Of a stretch of DNA of 64,000 nucleotides, positions 18,887-27,378 are shown one piece after another (position 1 is the first letter of the stretch; each line of letters begins with the position of its first letter). The stretch covers positions 8,771 to 72,770 of the forward strand of contig JBFFEL010000005.1 of NCBI GenBank assembly GCA_041558875.1, written 5' to 3'. Source of the stretch: Anaerolineales bacterium (GTDB taxonomy: Bacteria; Chloroflexota; Anaerolineae; Anaerolineales; UBA4823). The notes under the pieces were generated by a model. That model was not told where the DNA came from and did not search any database. It saw only the letters and a list, made by a program, of their open reading frames with translations. The translations under genes were made by a program, and so were the position numbers.

Positions 18887-19492
18887 TTATCCATTAAGCA
18901 ACCTCTCCAGGTCTTGCAGGGCTTGTTCTGGAGAGAAAAACTGAATCGCTTTTAAACCCACCGCCTTAGCACCAGCAACGTTCTCTGGAAAATCATCCAC
19001 GAAAACCGCCTCTGCAGGTTTTACTTCCAACTCCGAGAGAACTCGCTCATAGATCTTGCGATCAGGTTTTACCAGACCGACTTCCGCCGAGATCACCATT
19101 CGATCGAAGGCATTATCGAATCCCCAAACTTCCTCGATCATCTGGCGCAGATCATCCCAGGCATTGCTTAACAGGGCGGTTTTATACCGCGGGCGAAGGT
19201 CGCGGAGGTAATTAACCAGATTTTCATCCAATCTATCACCCCCCCAGAATTCCAATGGCACCCGGGGAAATTCCTCTTTGCGCAGGCCAAGTTTCTTGCG
19301 CACTTCATCCCAGTGTTCTTCAGTAGTGATCTCGCCTCTGGTCGCCTGGAGGGCACTCTGGCTGTCGAAGACCAGCGCGCTGAGTTCATCATAAGTGAGC
19401 CCCACCCGCTCTGCCAGCTTGTTGCGCGCAGTGCGATCCTCAGTGCGGACCAACACGCCACCCAGATCAAAAATAACCGCTCGAATCGGCAT
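18887..19492 (-). CDS. HAD-superfamily hydrolase (subfamily IA)
   Basis: Motif I is VIFDLGGVL, the motif with SN is LLSNA, and motif IV is FVDD. Confidence 0.85.
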   Translation of the reverse strand: MPIRAVIFDLGGVLVRTEDRTARNKLAERVGLTYDELSALVFDSQSALQATRGEITTEEHWDEVRKKLGLRKEEFPRVPLEFWGGDRLDENLVNYLRDLRPRYKTALLSNAWDDLRQMIEEVWGFDNAFDRMVISAEVGLVKPDRKIYERVLSELEVKPAEAVFVDDFPENVAGAKAVGLKAIQFFSPEQALQDLERLLNG

Positions 19493-19552
19493 ACCTTCTC
19501 CTTGGATCAGGATTTAACACCAAGCATGATTGTAAACGATCTGGACACCCTG

Positions 19553-20587
19553 CTATAAATCCTTCCAATAGGTGGTGTGCAGCTTCTCTACGACAAAACC
19601 AACGCTCTCGTAAAGATTCAGGGCACCGTTTGTATTCTGCGTGTCGACACCCAAAGCGGCGTGATCCATACCCATATCCTTGAACATCTGCATGCTGCGT
19701 GTCAGCAGTGACCGAGCCAGGCCCTGCCGCCGCCAGGGTTTGCGAACGCTTATATCTTCCGTCCAACCGCGCAGTCGATTATATTCCTTGTTTTCCTCTT
19801 CGTGCAATAAATTTAACACCATGCCGGCGACCTCATCGCCATCCCAGGCAACTCTCCATAATTCAGGATCGTTGAGCGGGTCCTTTAGCCAGCGCTGGTA
19901 ATCCACCTCTGTACCCTCGACGTACCCCCAGTGATCCTTGAAAGCCTCCTGGTCCGCTTCCCATACCTGTCGAAATTGTTCCGGTTTTACAGTGCGAATC
20001 TCAAGACCTTCCGGCATTGGGGTGATGTTTATCGGCTCAGATAAAGGCCGCACCATCGAGTAAGCGAAGCGCACTGGTTCGTAACCTGCCTGATTCAGCA
20101 ACCGCTCCTTATCTGTCTCCGTATCGGAGGTAAATGTCTCCAGATATCGAGGTATATCTTCATTGATCACGCCCTCGTCCAGGAGCTCAAGAGATTTATC
20201 CCGCAGGTGTTTCTCCATATAGCGCAGCATGGCAGTGCCAATGCCCTTCCTGCGCCAATCCGGGTGCGAAAACGCGATGTGAAAGCCCAACCAGCGATCT
20301 TCCTCATCCACAACCCATTCACCGCGACCATAGGCGATCGTTTGACCATCAACTTCGGCGAAGATCATATCCTGGTATGGATCACAATTATTGAGATGTT
20401 CGTAATAACGGGCGATATCTTCCAGCGAATCAGTCCGGTCGACCTGGTCGGCTTGTTTGCTGGCGTTGATCATGTCCAGGATATTTTGATAATCAGATTT
20501 TCCCCGGAAGTGGCGAAAGATCAAGCCTTGTAGATCCGGGGCATAAGGCAAATCTATTCTTTCCACTTTCACTGCTTCTGTAACCAT
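19553..20587 (-). CDS. Two-domain GNAT N-acetyltransferase (MshD-like architecture)
   Basis: Two acetyl-CoA loops, WRRKGIGTAML and VRKPWRRQGLARSLL. ~340 aa. GAGGAA RBS. Confidence 0.8.
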   Translation of the reverse strand: MVTEAVKVERIDLPYAPDLQGLIFRHFRGKSDYQNILDMINASKQADQVDRTDSLEDIARYYEHLNNCDPYQDMIFAEVDGQTIAYGRGEWVVDEEDRWLGFHIAFSHPDWRRKGIGTAMLRYMEKHLRDKSLELLDEGVINEDIPRYLETFTSDTETDKERLLNQAGYEPVRFAYSMVRPLSEPINITPMPEGLEIRTVKPEQFRQVWEADQEAFKDHWGYVEGTEVDYQRWLKDPLNDPELWRVAWDGDEVAGMVLNLLHEEENKEYNRLRGWTEDISVRKPWRRQGLARSLLTRSMQMFKDMGMDHAALGVDTQNTNGALNLYESVGFVVEKLHTTYWKDL

Positions 20588-20620
20588 TTTATCTTCCTCT
20601 CAACCCAATAACTTCGTATA

Positions 20621-21901
20621 TTATTGATTCGTTTCGGTTTGCTCATCATTCTCCGGCAGTCTAAACTTAAACCATACCGGGATAATTGACAGCAAGCCCA
20701 GCCAGGCAGTTAGTGAAAAGGTGAAGCGTGGGCTCACCCGTTCCCACAATTGAGCACCTATCCAGGGGGCAGGCAGAGAGATCACTCCCAGGCTGGTTTG
20801 AAATAATCCGAATGCTGTTCCCCGCATCTTCTCCGGAACAGCTTTGCTGATCAGGGATTGGTAAGCCGGTGACATCAAGCCGACCCCCAACCCAAACAAA
20901 GCCCAGGCGATCACGTATCCGGTAAAATCAGCCACCCGGATGAAGGTCATCATGGCGATGAACTCAAACAGAAATCCTAGCACAATCGGCACCCGGTCCC
21001 CCTTCTTGTCCGCCAGCCAACCTGCCGGCATGGTGGTCAACATCATGAAGATGCCAAAGATCGACTCGAGCCACCCGATTTGTTGGATTGACATACCACC
21101 GAGGTCTTGCAGGTAAACCGGGATCAGCGTAAACGACATTGAGAATGCCACGTCCCGCACACCATCAGTGAGCAGAATCCAGGTAACCAGTCCTCCAGCC
21201 ATGATCATGCCGAACATCAATCCCAGATCCCGTTTCAAACTGACCATGGATAGTTTTTGGGGATCCGATTCCACGGTCCTGGCGGCACTGCGCGCCATCC
21301 CAATACGGATTATGGTTGCGATGAAGTACAAGCCGCCAGCAACTCCCAGCATGATTCGGAAACCGTAAGTATCCGCCAACCACCCACCCAGGGGTGGTCC
21401 AATCACTGCCACAATCATGAAGATGGTCTCAGTGATCCCAAAAACACGTGCCCGGCTCTCTTCAGCTGATTCTTCCGCAATGAAGGCGCTAAAGCTGGGA
21501 CCGACCAATGAACGCGTGATTGACGACAGACCTTCTCCGACCAACACCCACTGCCAGGTTGGCGCCAGGATCAACCCTACATAGGAGAAGACTCCTGCCA
21601 CGCTGCCCATGGCGATGCTGCGTAAGCGCCCCAAAGAGTCTGAAATCCAACCCCCCAATATTTGCAGCGCCAGCGGGATGATTTGAACCAGGGTGAAGAA
21701 CAGCCCTATTTGGACCACACTGGCGTTCAGCTCCTTCAAATAGAGCGGCAGCAGCGGACCATACATGCTGCCACCGGTGTTGGCCAGCACCATGGCTACC
21801 ATGAACAAGAGCAGCTTTCTGGATATCAGCGGCGCTGCTTTTGCACGAGCGGGACTGGTCCCCTCGACCAATTTTGACTTCCCGGACATCTCTGTCGCCA
21901 T
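20621..21901 (-). CDS. MFS transporter
   Basis: About 12 predicted hydrophobic helices and an MFS-type loop (GWISDSLGRLR). The ATG directly follows the TAA of the upstream GNAT (TAAATG). Confidence 0.88.
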   Translation of the reverse strand: MATEMSGKSKLVEGTSPARAKAAPLISRKLLLFMVAMVLANTGGSMYGPLLPLYLKELNASVVQIGLFFTLVQIIPLALQILGGWISDSLGRLRSIAMGSVAGVFSYVGLILAPTWQWVLVGEGLSSITRSLVGPSFSAFIAEESAEESRARVFGITETIFMIVAVIGPPLGGWLADTYGFRIMLGVAGGLYFIATIIRIGMARSAARTVESDPQKLSMVSLKRDLGLMFGMIMAGGLVTWILLTDGVRDVAFSMSFTLIPVYLQDLGGMSIQQIGWLESIFGIFMMLTTMPAGWLADKKGDRVPIVLGFLFEFIAMMTFIRVADFTGYVIAWALFGLGVGLMSPAYQSLISKAVPEKMRGTAFGLFQTSLGVISLPAPWIGAQLWERVSPRFTFSLTAWLGLLSIIPVWFKFRLPENDEQTETNQ

Positions 21902-22927
21902 TTAGGCTCGCGCCTCCTCAACTTGCTGGGTTCTCATATCTATGCCTGGACGCAGTTCTTTCTCATAAGCTGCATTAGTACGGTTGGGATCAGAATGCAT
22001 CCCAGCTCGTTCGTACAGGCGTAAAGCACCAGTGATATTCTCGGCGTCTACCCCTAAACCAACCCTCATTTTTTCTCGCTGGAGGAACACACCAAATGCA
22101 TAGGACAAGAGTGCTAATCCCAGCCCTCGTTTTCGCCACGGACGGCGCACACAGAGCACATCCACCCAGCCCATATCAGGATCCTCATCCGACTTGGGCC
22201 AGCACAGCACTGCCCCAGCTACCTGGTCACCATCCCAGGCCAGGAAATACAGTGCTGGATCGAAATCATCATTATTCTTGATATGATGCATCCAGCGTTC
22301 ATACTCCTCTTCAATAGGCCTATCAACATGCCCCCAGTGATCTTTGAATGCTTCAACTACCGCCTCAGTCATCGACCACTCATCCTTACCAAGCACAATC
22401 GGGCGGATTTCAATCCCTTCCGGCCATTGTGGTTCAGGGGGAAGATTATCCAAATCAATTACCATGCGGAAGAAGTATCTAACCCTCTGCATGCCAGCCT
22501 CTTCAAACAATTCCTCAGCAGCCTGGTTTAAGGTAATTGTCGAGTATTCCATTACTACCCTAGCTTCTGGAGGTGCTTTGGGTATGGCCTGCCTTGCCCT
22601 ATTTTGCGCCCATTGCACCAGGTAGGATCCGATCCCCAGGTTTGTATGATCTGGGTGCACCCTGCCCCAACAGTCGATCGAGATATGAGGTTTCATATCC
22701 CAAACATCACAGTAGCCAACTACCTGACCTTGCGGGGAGATGACAATCCTGGAATCTGTTACTTGGTTAAACCCTGGTGTGCTCCATTCAGTAGCCATCT
22801 CGTTCAGGATGAATGTCTCCACTCCTACAAAATGCCTGGCATCTGCATTGAACATCTCAACTGCTGCCTCTACATCACCCTTGTTCGCCGGGCGTGAAGA
22901 GTACCCTTCTGGTAGTAGATTTTCCAT
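21902..22927 (-). CDS. Two-domain GNAT N-acetyltransferase (MshD-like architecture), paralog of 19553-20587
   Basis: VRRPWRKRGLGLALL acetyl-CoA loop. Its length and layout match the GNAT on the other side of the MFS gene. Confidence 0.8.
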   Translation of the reverse strand: MENLLPEGYSSRPANKGDVEAAVEMFNADARHFVGVETFILNEMATEWSTPGFNQVTDSRIVISPQGQVVGYCDVWDMKPHISIDCWGRVHPDHTNLGIGSYLVQWAQNRARQAIPKAPPEARVVMEYSTITLNQAAEELFEEAGMQRVRYFFRMVIDLDNLPPEPQWPEGIEIRPIVLGKDEWSMTEAVVEAFKDHWGHVDRPIEEEYERWMHHIKNNDDFDPALYFLAWDGDQVAGAVLCWPKSDEDPDMGWVDVLCVRRPWRKRGLGLALLSYAFGVFLQREKMRVGLGVDAENITGALRLYERAGMHSDPNRTNAAYEKELRPGIDMRTQQVEEARA

Positions 22928-22974
22928 CTCAATGCTCCATTTTCAACAACTTAGTTCTCATTGCTCAATTCTTC

Positions 22975-23799
22975 TCAACCATTCCGGTGCAGCTTGCCAG
23001 CCCTCTTCGCGTAGCGCTCTGCTATTCCAAAGATCCATAAGCCCAGGGGGATCGCAAGCAGCCCCAGAATCAATGTGGGCCAGATAAAAGGCCACAGCTC
23101 GCGAGTTGAGGCACCATCCAGTAGGGCCAGGCGGGTGCCATCCAACACATACGTAGCCGGACTGAACACTGCCAATTTCTGCAGGAATTCCGGCAGCACA
23201 CTGACCGGGTAGTAGACACCCGATACCAACAGCAGCACCGCAATGATCACGTGGGTCATCTGTGAGCCTCGCTCTGGGAAAAGCAGCGGCAGGACAGAAC
23301 CCATGATACCCACACCGATGAACGACAGGCTGCCTACGAGAAGCATCATCAGCCCACCAAATAAGTTCGCACCGGTCATGTCAAGATCAAACAAGAATAC
23401 GGTCACAACCAGGATGATGCTTGAGAAGATCAAGCTGTAAAAAACCGCAAAAAATGTCTGTCCGGCCATATGGGTGACGCGCCGGACTGGTGCCATCAGG
23501 GTGTATTCGATCGTACCTTCCCAGCGTTCCATCCCGATAATGTCTGTGATCCAGTAGAAAATTATGGAGAGGTACCGCCAGACTAACGTGCCGATCACCA
23601 GGAAAAGCACCATGTACTGGCCATCAATACTGTTCCCACTGAGCTGCTCCATACCAATGCCGATGAAACTGACTGAGAGGCTGTTGGCTATAGAGTAAGC
23701 CAACCAGACCACCTCCCAGGACAGGTAGCGCTTCACCAGGTTGGCGTTGCGTTCCACAAACGCATAAGTTGCTCTAAATTCATGCATTAAAGTCGCCAT
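22975..23799 (-). CDS. ABC-2-type exporter permease
   Basis: Six hydrophobic helices. The ~270 aa size and position directly after the ATPase are typical of the DrrB/ABC-2 family. Confidence 0.85.
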   Translation of the reverse strand: MATLMHEFRATYAFVERNANLVKRYLSWEVVWLAYSIANSLSVSFIGIGMEQLSGNSIDGQYMVLFLVIGTLVWRYLSIIFYWITDIIGMERWEGTIEYTLMAPVRRVTHMAGQTFFAVFYSLIFSSIILVVTVFLFDLDMTGANLFGGLMMLLVGSLSFIGVGIMGSVLPLLFPERGSQMTHVIIAVLLLVSGVYYPVSVLPEFLQKLAVFSPATYVLDGTRLALLDGASTRELWPFIWPTLILGLLAIPLGLWIFGIAERYAKRAGKLHRNG

Positions 23800-23845
23800 A
23801 ATCTTCTACCTCTCGTTCATTTGCCCGAATTTATTGGGCCTGGTT

Positions 23846-24673
23846 TCAGTCAGTTTCCTCGCTCACCAGTTCTTTGCCGGTCAGTTCAAGGAATACGTCT
23901 TCAAGGGTCGGTTCATGCCCGTTCGGCGAGATGATCTTTTTCAAACCTCCGGGATTATCCAATGCCACGATCTTGCCGCTGTCGATGATCGCGATCCGGT
24001 CGCACAGGTTATCTGCTTCCACCATGTCGTGAGTAGTGAGCAGGATAGTGGTGCCCGATTCCTCGTTGAGTTCATTGATCACCGCCTGGACTTCCCTTTT
24101 TGAACGGGGGTCTAGCCCGGTCGTCGGCTCATCCATCAACAACAACTGCGGACGAGAGAGCAATGCTCTAGCGATCGCGACTTTCTGCTGCATACCGCGT
24201 GACATCTCCTCCATGGGCTTGTAAATCGATCGCTTCTTCAACCCCAGGCGGAGCAGGATTTCTTCAACACGCATCCTGGTTTCTTTCCCGCTCATGCCGT
24301 ATAAGCGTGCCCCATACAGCAAGTTTTCCATTGGGGATAGCTTCTTGAAAAAGCTGGCTTCCACAGAAACACGGTTGATCAGCCTTTGCACTTCCACCGG
24401 CTGCTTGACAACATCGTAGCCAAACACCTTGATATGGCCCTCATCTGGCAGCAGTAGAGTGGCAATGAGCCGGATCAGAGTCGATTTTCCCGACCCATTG
24501 GGGCCAAGCACCCCAAAGATCTCACCCTGCTCAACCTCGAATGAGACCCTATCGACAGCAATGATCAGGGGCTTGTGGCCATTTTCCCCTGGCTTCAGGA
24601 ACTGCTTCCAGAGAGATCCACCAGGTTTTCCAAATTTTTTGACGATGTTTTCGATGATTATTGCTTGTGTCAT
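23846..24673 (-). CDS. ABC transporter ATP-binding protein (DrrA-like, ABC-2 subfamily)
   Basis: Walker A GPNGSGKST, signature SRGMQQK, Walker B LLLMDEPTTGLD. ATG 24673 lies 6 nt after GGAAGGAG. Confidence 0.9.
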   Translation of the reverse strand: MTQAIIIENIVKKFGKPGGSLWKQFLKPGENGHKPLIIAVDRVSFEVEQGEIFGVLGPNGSGKSTLIRLIATLLLPDEGHIKVFGYDVVKQPVEVQRLINRVSVEASFFKKLSPMENLLYGARLYGMSGKETRMRVEEILLRLGLKKRSIYKPMEEMSRGMQQKVAIARALLSRPQLLLMDEPTTGLDPRSKREVQAVINELNEESGTTILLTTHDMVEADNLCDRIAIIDSGKIVALDNPGGLKKIISPNGHEPTLEDVFLELTGKELVSEETD

Positions 24674-24690
24674 CACGAACTCCTTCCACT

Positions 24691-24722
24691 GACGACAAAA
24701 AAGCCACGGTATTTCCCGTGGC
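24691..24722 (-). terminator. Leader hairpin B: terminator-like stem-loop plus U-tract immediately before the ABC ATPase RBS
   Basis: On the minus strand: GCCACGG-gaaata-CCGTGGC followed by UUUUUUGU. The U-tract ends 3 nt before GGAAGGAG. Confidence 0.55.
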
Positions 24723-24740
24723 AGGCGATGGCATATTGAT

Positions 24741-24774
24741 ATAAAAAGCCACGGGAGTGGAGTACACCCGTGGC
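24741..24774 (-). terminator. Leader hairpin A: terminator-like stem-loop plus U-tract
   Basis: On the minus strand: GCCACGGG-tgtactccact-CCCGTGGC followed by UUUUUAU. It has the same arm sequence as hairpin B. Confidence 0.6.
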
Positions 24775-24807
24775 TGTCAAATTCCTAAAATCCAGTTGAC
24801 CGTTTGA

Positions 24808-24897
24808 TCAGTAGGCGCACTCCGAGAAGGAAAAAGCCTTACCGCTAACGGACGCGGCACGGCGAATTCGGGTAATGTAAGCAAGTGCTTTGAACAT
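24808..24897 (-). CDS. Candidate 29-aa leader/small peptide ORF (MFKALAYITRIRRAASVSGKAFSFSECAY)
   Basis: The ATG is preceded by AAAGGAG 10 nt upstream and lies ~25 nt downstream of a near-consensus promoter. It is below the size cutoff of the ORF track. No homology was recognised, so coding status is unproven. Confidence 0.45.
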   Translation of the reverse strand: MFKALAYITRIRRAASVSGKAFSFSECAY

Positions 24898-24932
24898 TAA
24901 ACTGCGACTCCTTTTCAATCTACAATGGCGGA

Positions 24933-24962
24933 AGTCTACCATGGAGCCAGGAATTGTGTCAA
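24933..24962 (-). promoter_or_regulatory. Sigma-70-type promoter driving the smORF / ABC-2 operon
   Basis: On the minus strand: TTGACA (24962-24957), an 18-nt spacer, then TAGACT (24938-24933). Confidence 0.55.
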
Positions 24963-25185
24963 GGCATTAAGAGAAGATTAATAGAATTTCTCGTTTCCTG
25001 GCCTTCTTTTAATTAAGAAATGCGTAGTCTTGCCCACTTGGACAAGCTCGGTGCAGGCCCTCGTAGGCGTTATTTGCCTTGTAACCAATCTCTTGGTTTT
25101 TCAATATAGATAATTTCCAAGGACTTCATGAAAATCCGCGTTTTCAGCGTTCATCCGCGTCTAATAAACTTTCAGGTTTCACAGT

Positions 25186-26238
25186 CTACCTTGTGATCTC
25201 AAATGTATCGATCACCTCGTTCAGCCGGTTGACAAACTGGAATTGGATAGTGCTCTCACTGGCCTCGACCTGCATCGCCCCATAATCACGATTGTATCTC
25301 ACCTGGCTGCCATCGACAGGCACAATAAATGTGTAGCGCGACATGCCTCCCAAGCCATTAACAAAGTAGGTTATCCCACCCCTTGAGATGCGTTCGTAAG
25401 TGTGATCATGCCCCGACAGGACCACATCAGCCCCCCATTCAGCAAACGGCCACTGCATCCAATCAACGTTGCCGTGAAAGCCGGATGAGTATGCCGCATG
25501 ATGGAAATAAACGATTTTCCAGGGACTCGTCGATTCTTCCAGCCGGGATTGCAACCACAGCGCCTGTACAGATGACCTGCCCACGCCATCTGGCTCGCGC
25601 GAATCGCTGTCTATGGCGAAAAAATGGACTGGTCCCCAGATGAAATCATAGTATCGTTCATTGCCCGGCAGGGTGAAATATTCCAGGTACGGTCCTGCTT
25701 GATCGGTATTCCAGTCATGATTGCCCAGGCTGGGAAAGAAACGATTCTCCTGCCCTCCTGCTCCATAACTGCCTTGGTAGGGAGCTATATACTCATGGTA
25801 GAACTGACCAATATTTTCATCAATTGTACTGGACGCGCCATCAGGATAATTATTATCTCCCGTGGTGATGATCAAATCTGGATCCCAGCTTTTCACCAGG
25901 TCCGCCACGTCCCTCTCGTCCTGGTTTCCGCTGCCGTAATCACCAATTACTGCAAAACGCAATATCTGGGGAGGTTTTGTCTCAGTTGGTGTGGGGGGAA
26001 TATCTGTTTGTGTGGGAGTTCCTGTTGCTGGATAGGTGGTTGTCGGTTTAACTGGAGTCAGTGTCGGGGGGACTGGTGTTGGAGCTGGTAGATCGCTGGG
26101 AAGCGGTGAAGGCCGCTGAGTGTCAGTTGGCAGCGGGAGTGGAGGTGAAAAGCTGCAGCTTGCCAGCAAGAAGGCCAACAACGAGAGAATTATCCTGAGG
26201 CCGACTCTGGGGTAGGTTATTACGTTATTAAACAGCAT
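25186..26238 (-). CDS. Secreted/lipoprotein metallophosphoesterase (calcineurin-like), copy 1 of 3
   Basis: Lipobox LLASCS and a PT-rich linker, then GDYG, GDNNY, GNHDW and GHDHTYER metallophosphoesterase motifs. Confidence 0.85.
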   Translation of the reverse strand: MLFNNVITYPRVGLRIILSLLAFLLASCSFSPPLPLPTDTQRPSPLPSDLPAPTPVPPTLTPVKPTTTYPATGTPTQTDIPPTPTETKPPQILRFAVIGDYGSGNQDERDVADLVKSWDPDLIITTGDNNYPDGASSTIDENIGQFYHEYIAPYQGSYGAGGQENRFFPSLGNHDWNTDQAGPYLEYFTLPGNERYYDFIWGPVHFFAIDSDSREPDGVGRSSVQALWLQSRLEESTSPWKIVYFHHAAYSSGFHGNVDWMQWPFAEWGADVVLSGHDHTYERISRGGITYFVNGLGGMSRYTFIVPVDGSQVRYNRDYGAMQVEASESTIQFQFVNRLNEVIDTFEITR

Positions 26239-26299
26239 GTACCAAAAGTTTATAAACCATTTTTCAATGGTCTCTCGATCGGATTTTTAGGCACAAAGC

Positions 26300-27331
26300 T
26301 TACGACTCAGATTTCGCCAGTTGGACATCATCAATCACTTCACCTGCCCGGTTGATAAATTGAATATGCATGATCTGTTCATTCACCTCAACCAGCATGG
26401 CGCCATGATCTTCGTTGTAGCGCACCTGGCTACCCTCGATAATAACGTTGAAATCATAAATACTTGCGCCTCCCAACCCATTGACAAAATAATAAATGCC
26501 GTCTTTGAAGATACGTTCATAAGTATGGTCGTGTCCAGCGAAGACCACATCTGCTCCCCATTCCGCGAACGGCCATTGGGTTCTTTCCCTGGGACCGTGT
26601 CTGGCAGATGAATATGGTGCATGGTGCAGGTAAACCACCTTCCAGATGCTATCAGATTCAGCCAAGCCCACTTCCAGCCAGTTCGCTTGAATAGATCTGC
26701 TGTTAGCGCCATCTGGCTCATCCGAATCGCTATCTAACGCGAAAAAGTGTATAGGCCCCCAGGTAAAGTCATAGTAGCGTTCATTGCCCGGCAGGGTGAA
26801 ATAATCCAGATAGGGCTGGGCATCTTTGGCATGCCAATCGTGGTTGCCCAGGCTGGGGAAGAAGCGATTTTCCTGCCCACCCTCCCCGTAGCTGCCGTAA
26901 TAAGGTGCAATGAATTCGGAGTAGAATTGGCCGACGTGTTCGTCGATCGTTTCCGCCTCACCATCAGGATAGTTATTATCCCCTGTGGTGATGATCAGAT
27001 CTGGATTCCAGCTGTTTATCAATGCGGCCACATCCGCCTCATTCTTATTTCCGGATCCGTAATCCCCAATTACCGCGAAGCGTACACTTTCTCCAACCGG
27101 CTCTTCAGTTGGTGTTGGCGTAGCGGGCGTCTCGGTAGGAGTGCTCGTTGCAGAAGCGGTTGCAGTCGGTTTGATTGGAGTCGGCGTAGAAGTCTGACTG
27201 GGCAACGGAGACGGAACCAGTGTTTCCGTCGGCTGCGGAGCGGCAGTACAGGCGGCAAGCAAAACATTGAAAGCTGCTGAGAATACAATCGCCCAAATCG
27301 TCAATCGCAAGAGTCTTCTGGTGTTGATCAT
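26300..27331 (-). CDS. Secreted/lipoprotein metallophosphoesterase, copy 2 of 3
   Basis: Lipobox LLAACT and a PT-rich linker, with the same GDYG/GDNNY/GNHDW/GHDHTYER motifs. Confidence 0.85.
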   Translation of the reverse strand: MINTRRLLRLTIWAIVFSAAFNVLLAACTAAPQPTETLVPSPLPSQTSTPTPIKPTATASATSTPTETPATPTPTEEPVGESVRFAVIGDYGSGNKNEADVAALINSWNPDLIITTGDNNYPDGEAETIDEHVGQFYSEFIAPYYGSYGEGGQENRFFPSLGNHDWHAKDAQPYLDYFTLPGNERYYDFTWGPIHFFALDSDSDEPDGANSRSIQANWLEVGLAESDSIWKVVYLHHAPYSSARHGPRERTQWPFAEWGADVVFAGHDHTYERIFKDGIYYFVNGLGGASIYDFNVIIEGSQVRYNEDHGAMLVEVNEQIMHIQFINRAGEVIDDVQLAKSES

Positions 27332-27378
27332 AGTCCTGGTTAATTCACCTCGTTAGTAAAAATTAAATTGGTTTTGAC

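Noticed and set aside
24963-25185. The 220-nt gap between the smORF promoter and the first phosphoesterase gene, as a possible structured RNA or additional small gene.
   Set aside because: I found no convincing ORF with an RBS, no strong hairpin and no riboswitch-like motif by eye. It is probably just a 3' UTR and promoter-upstream spacer.
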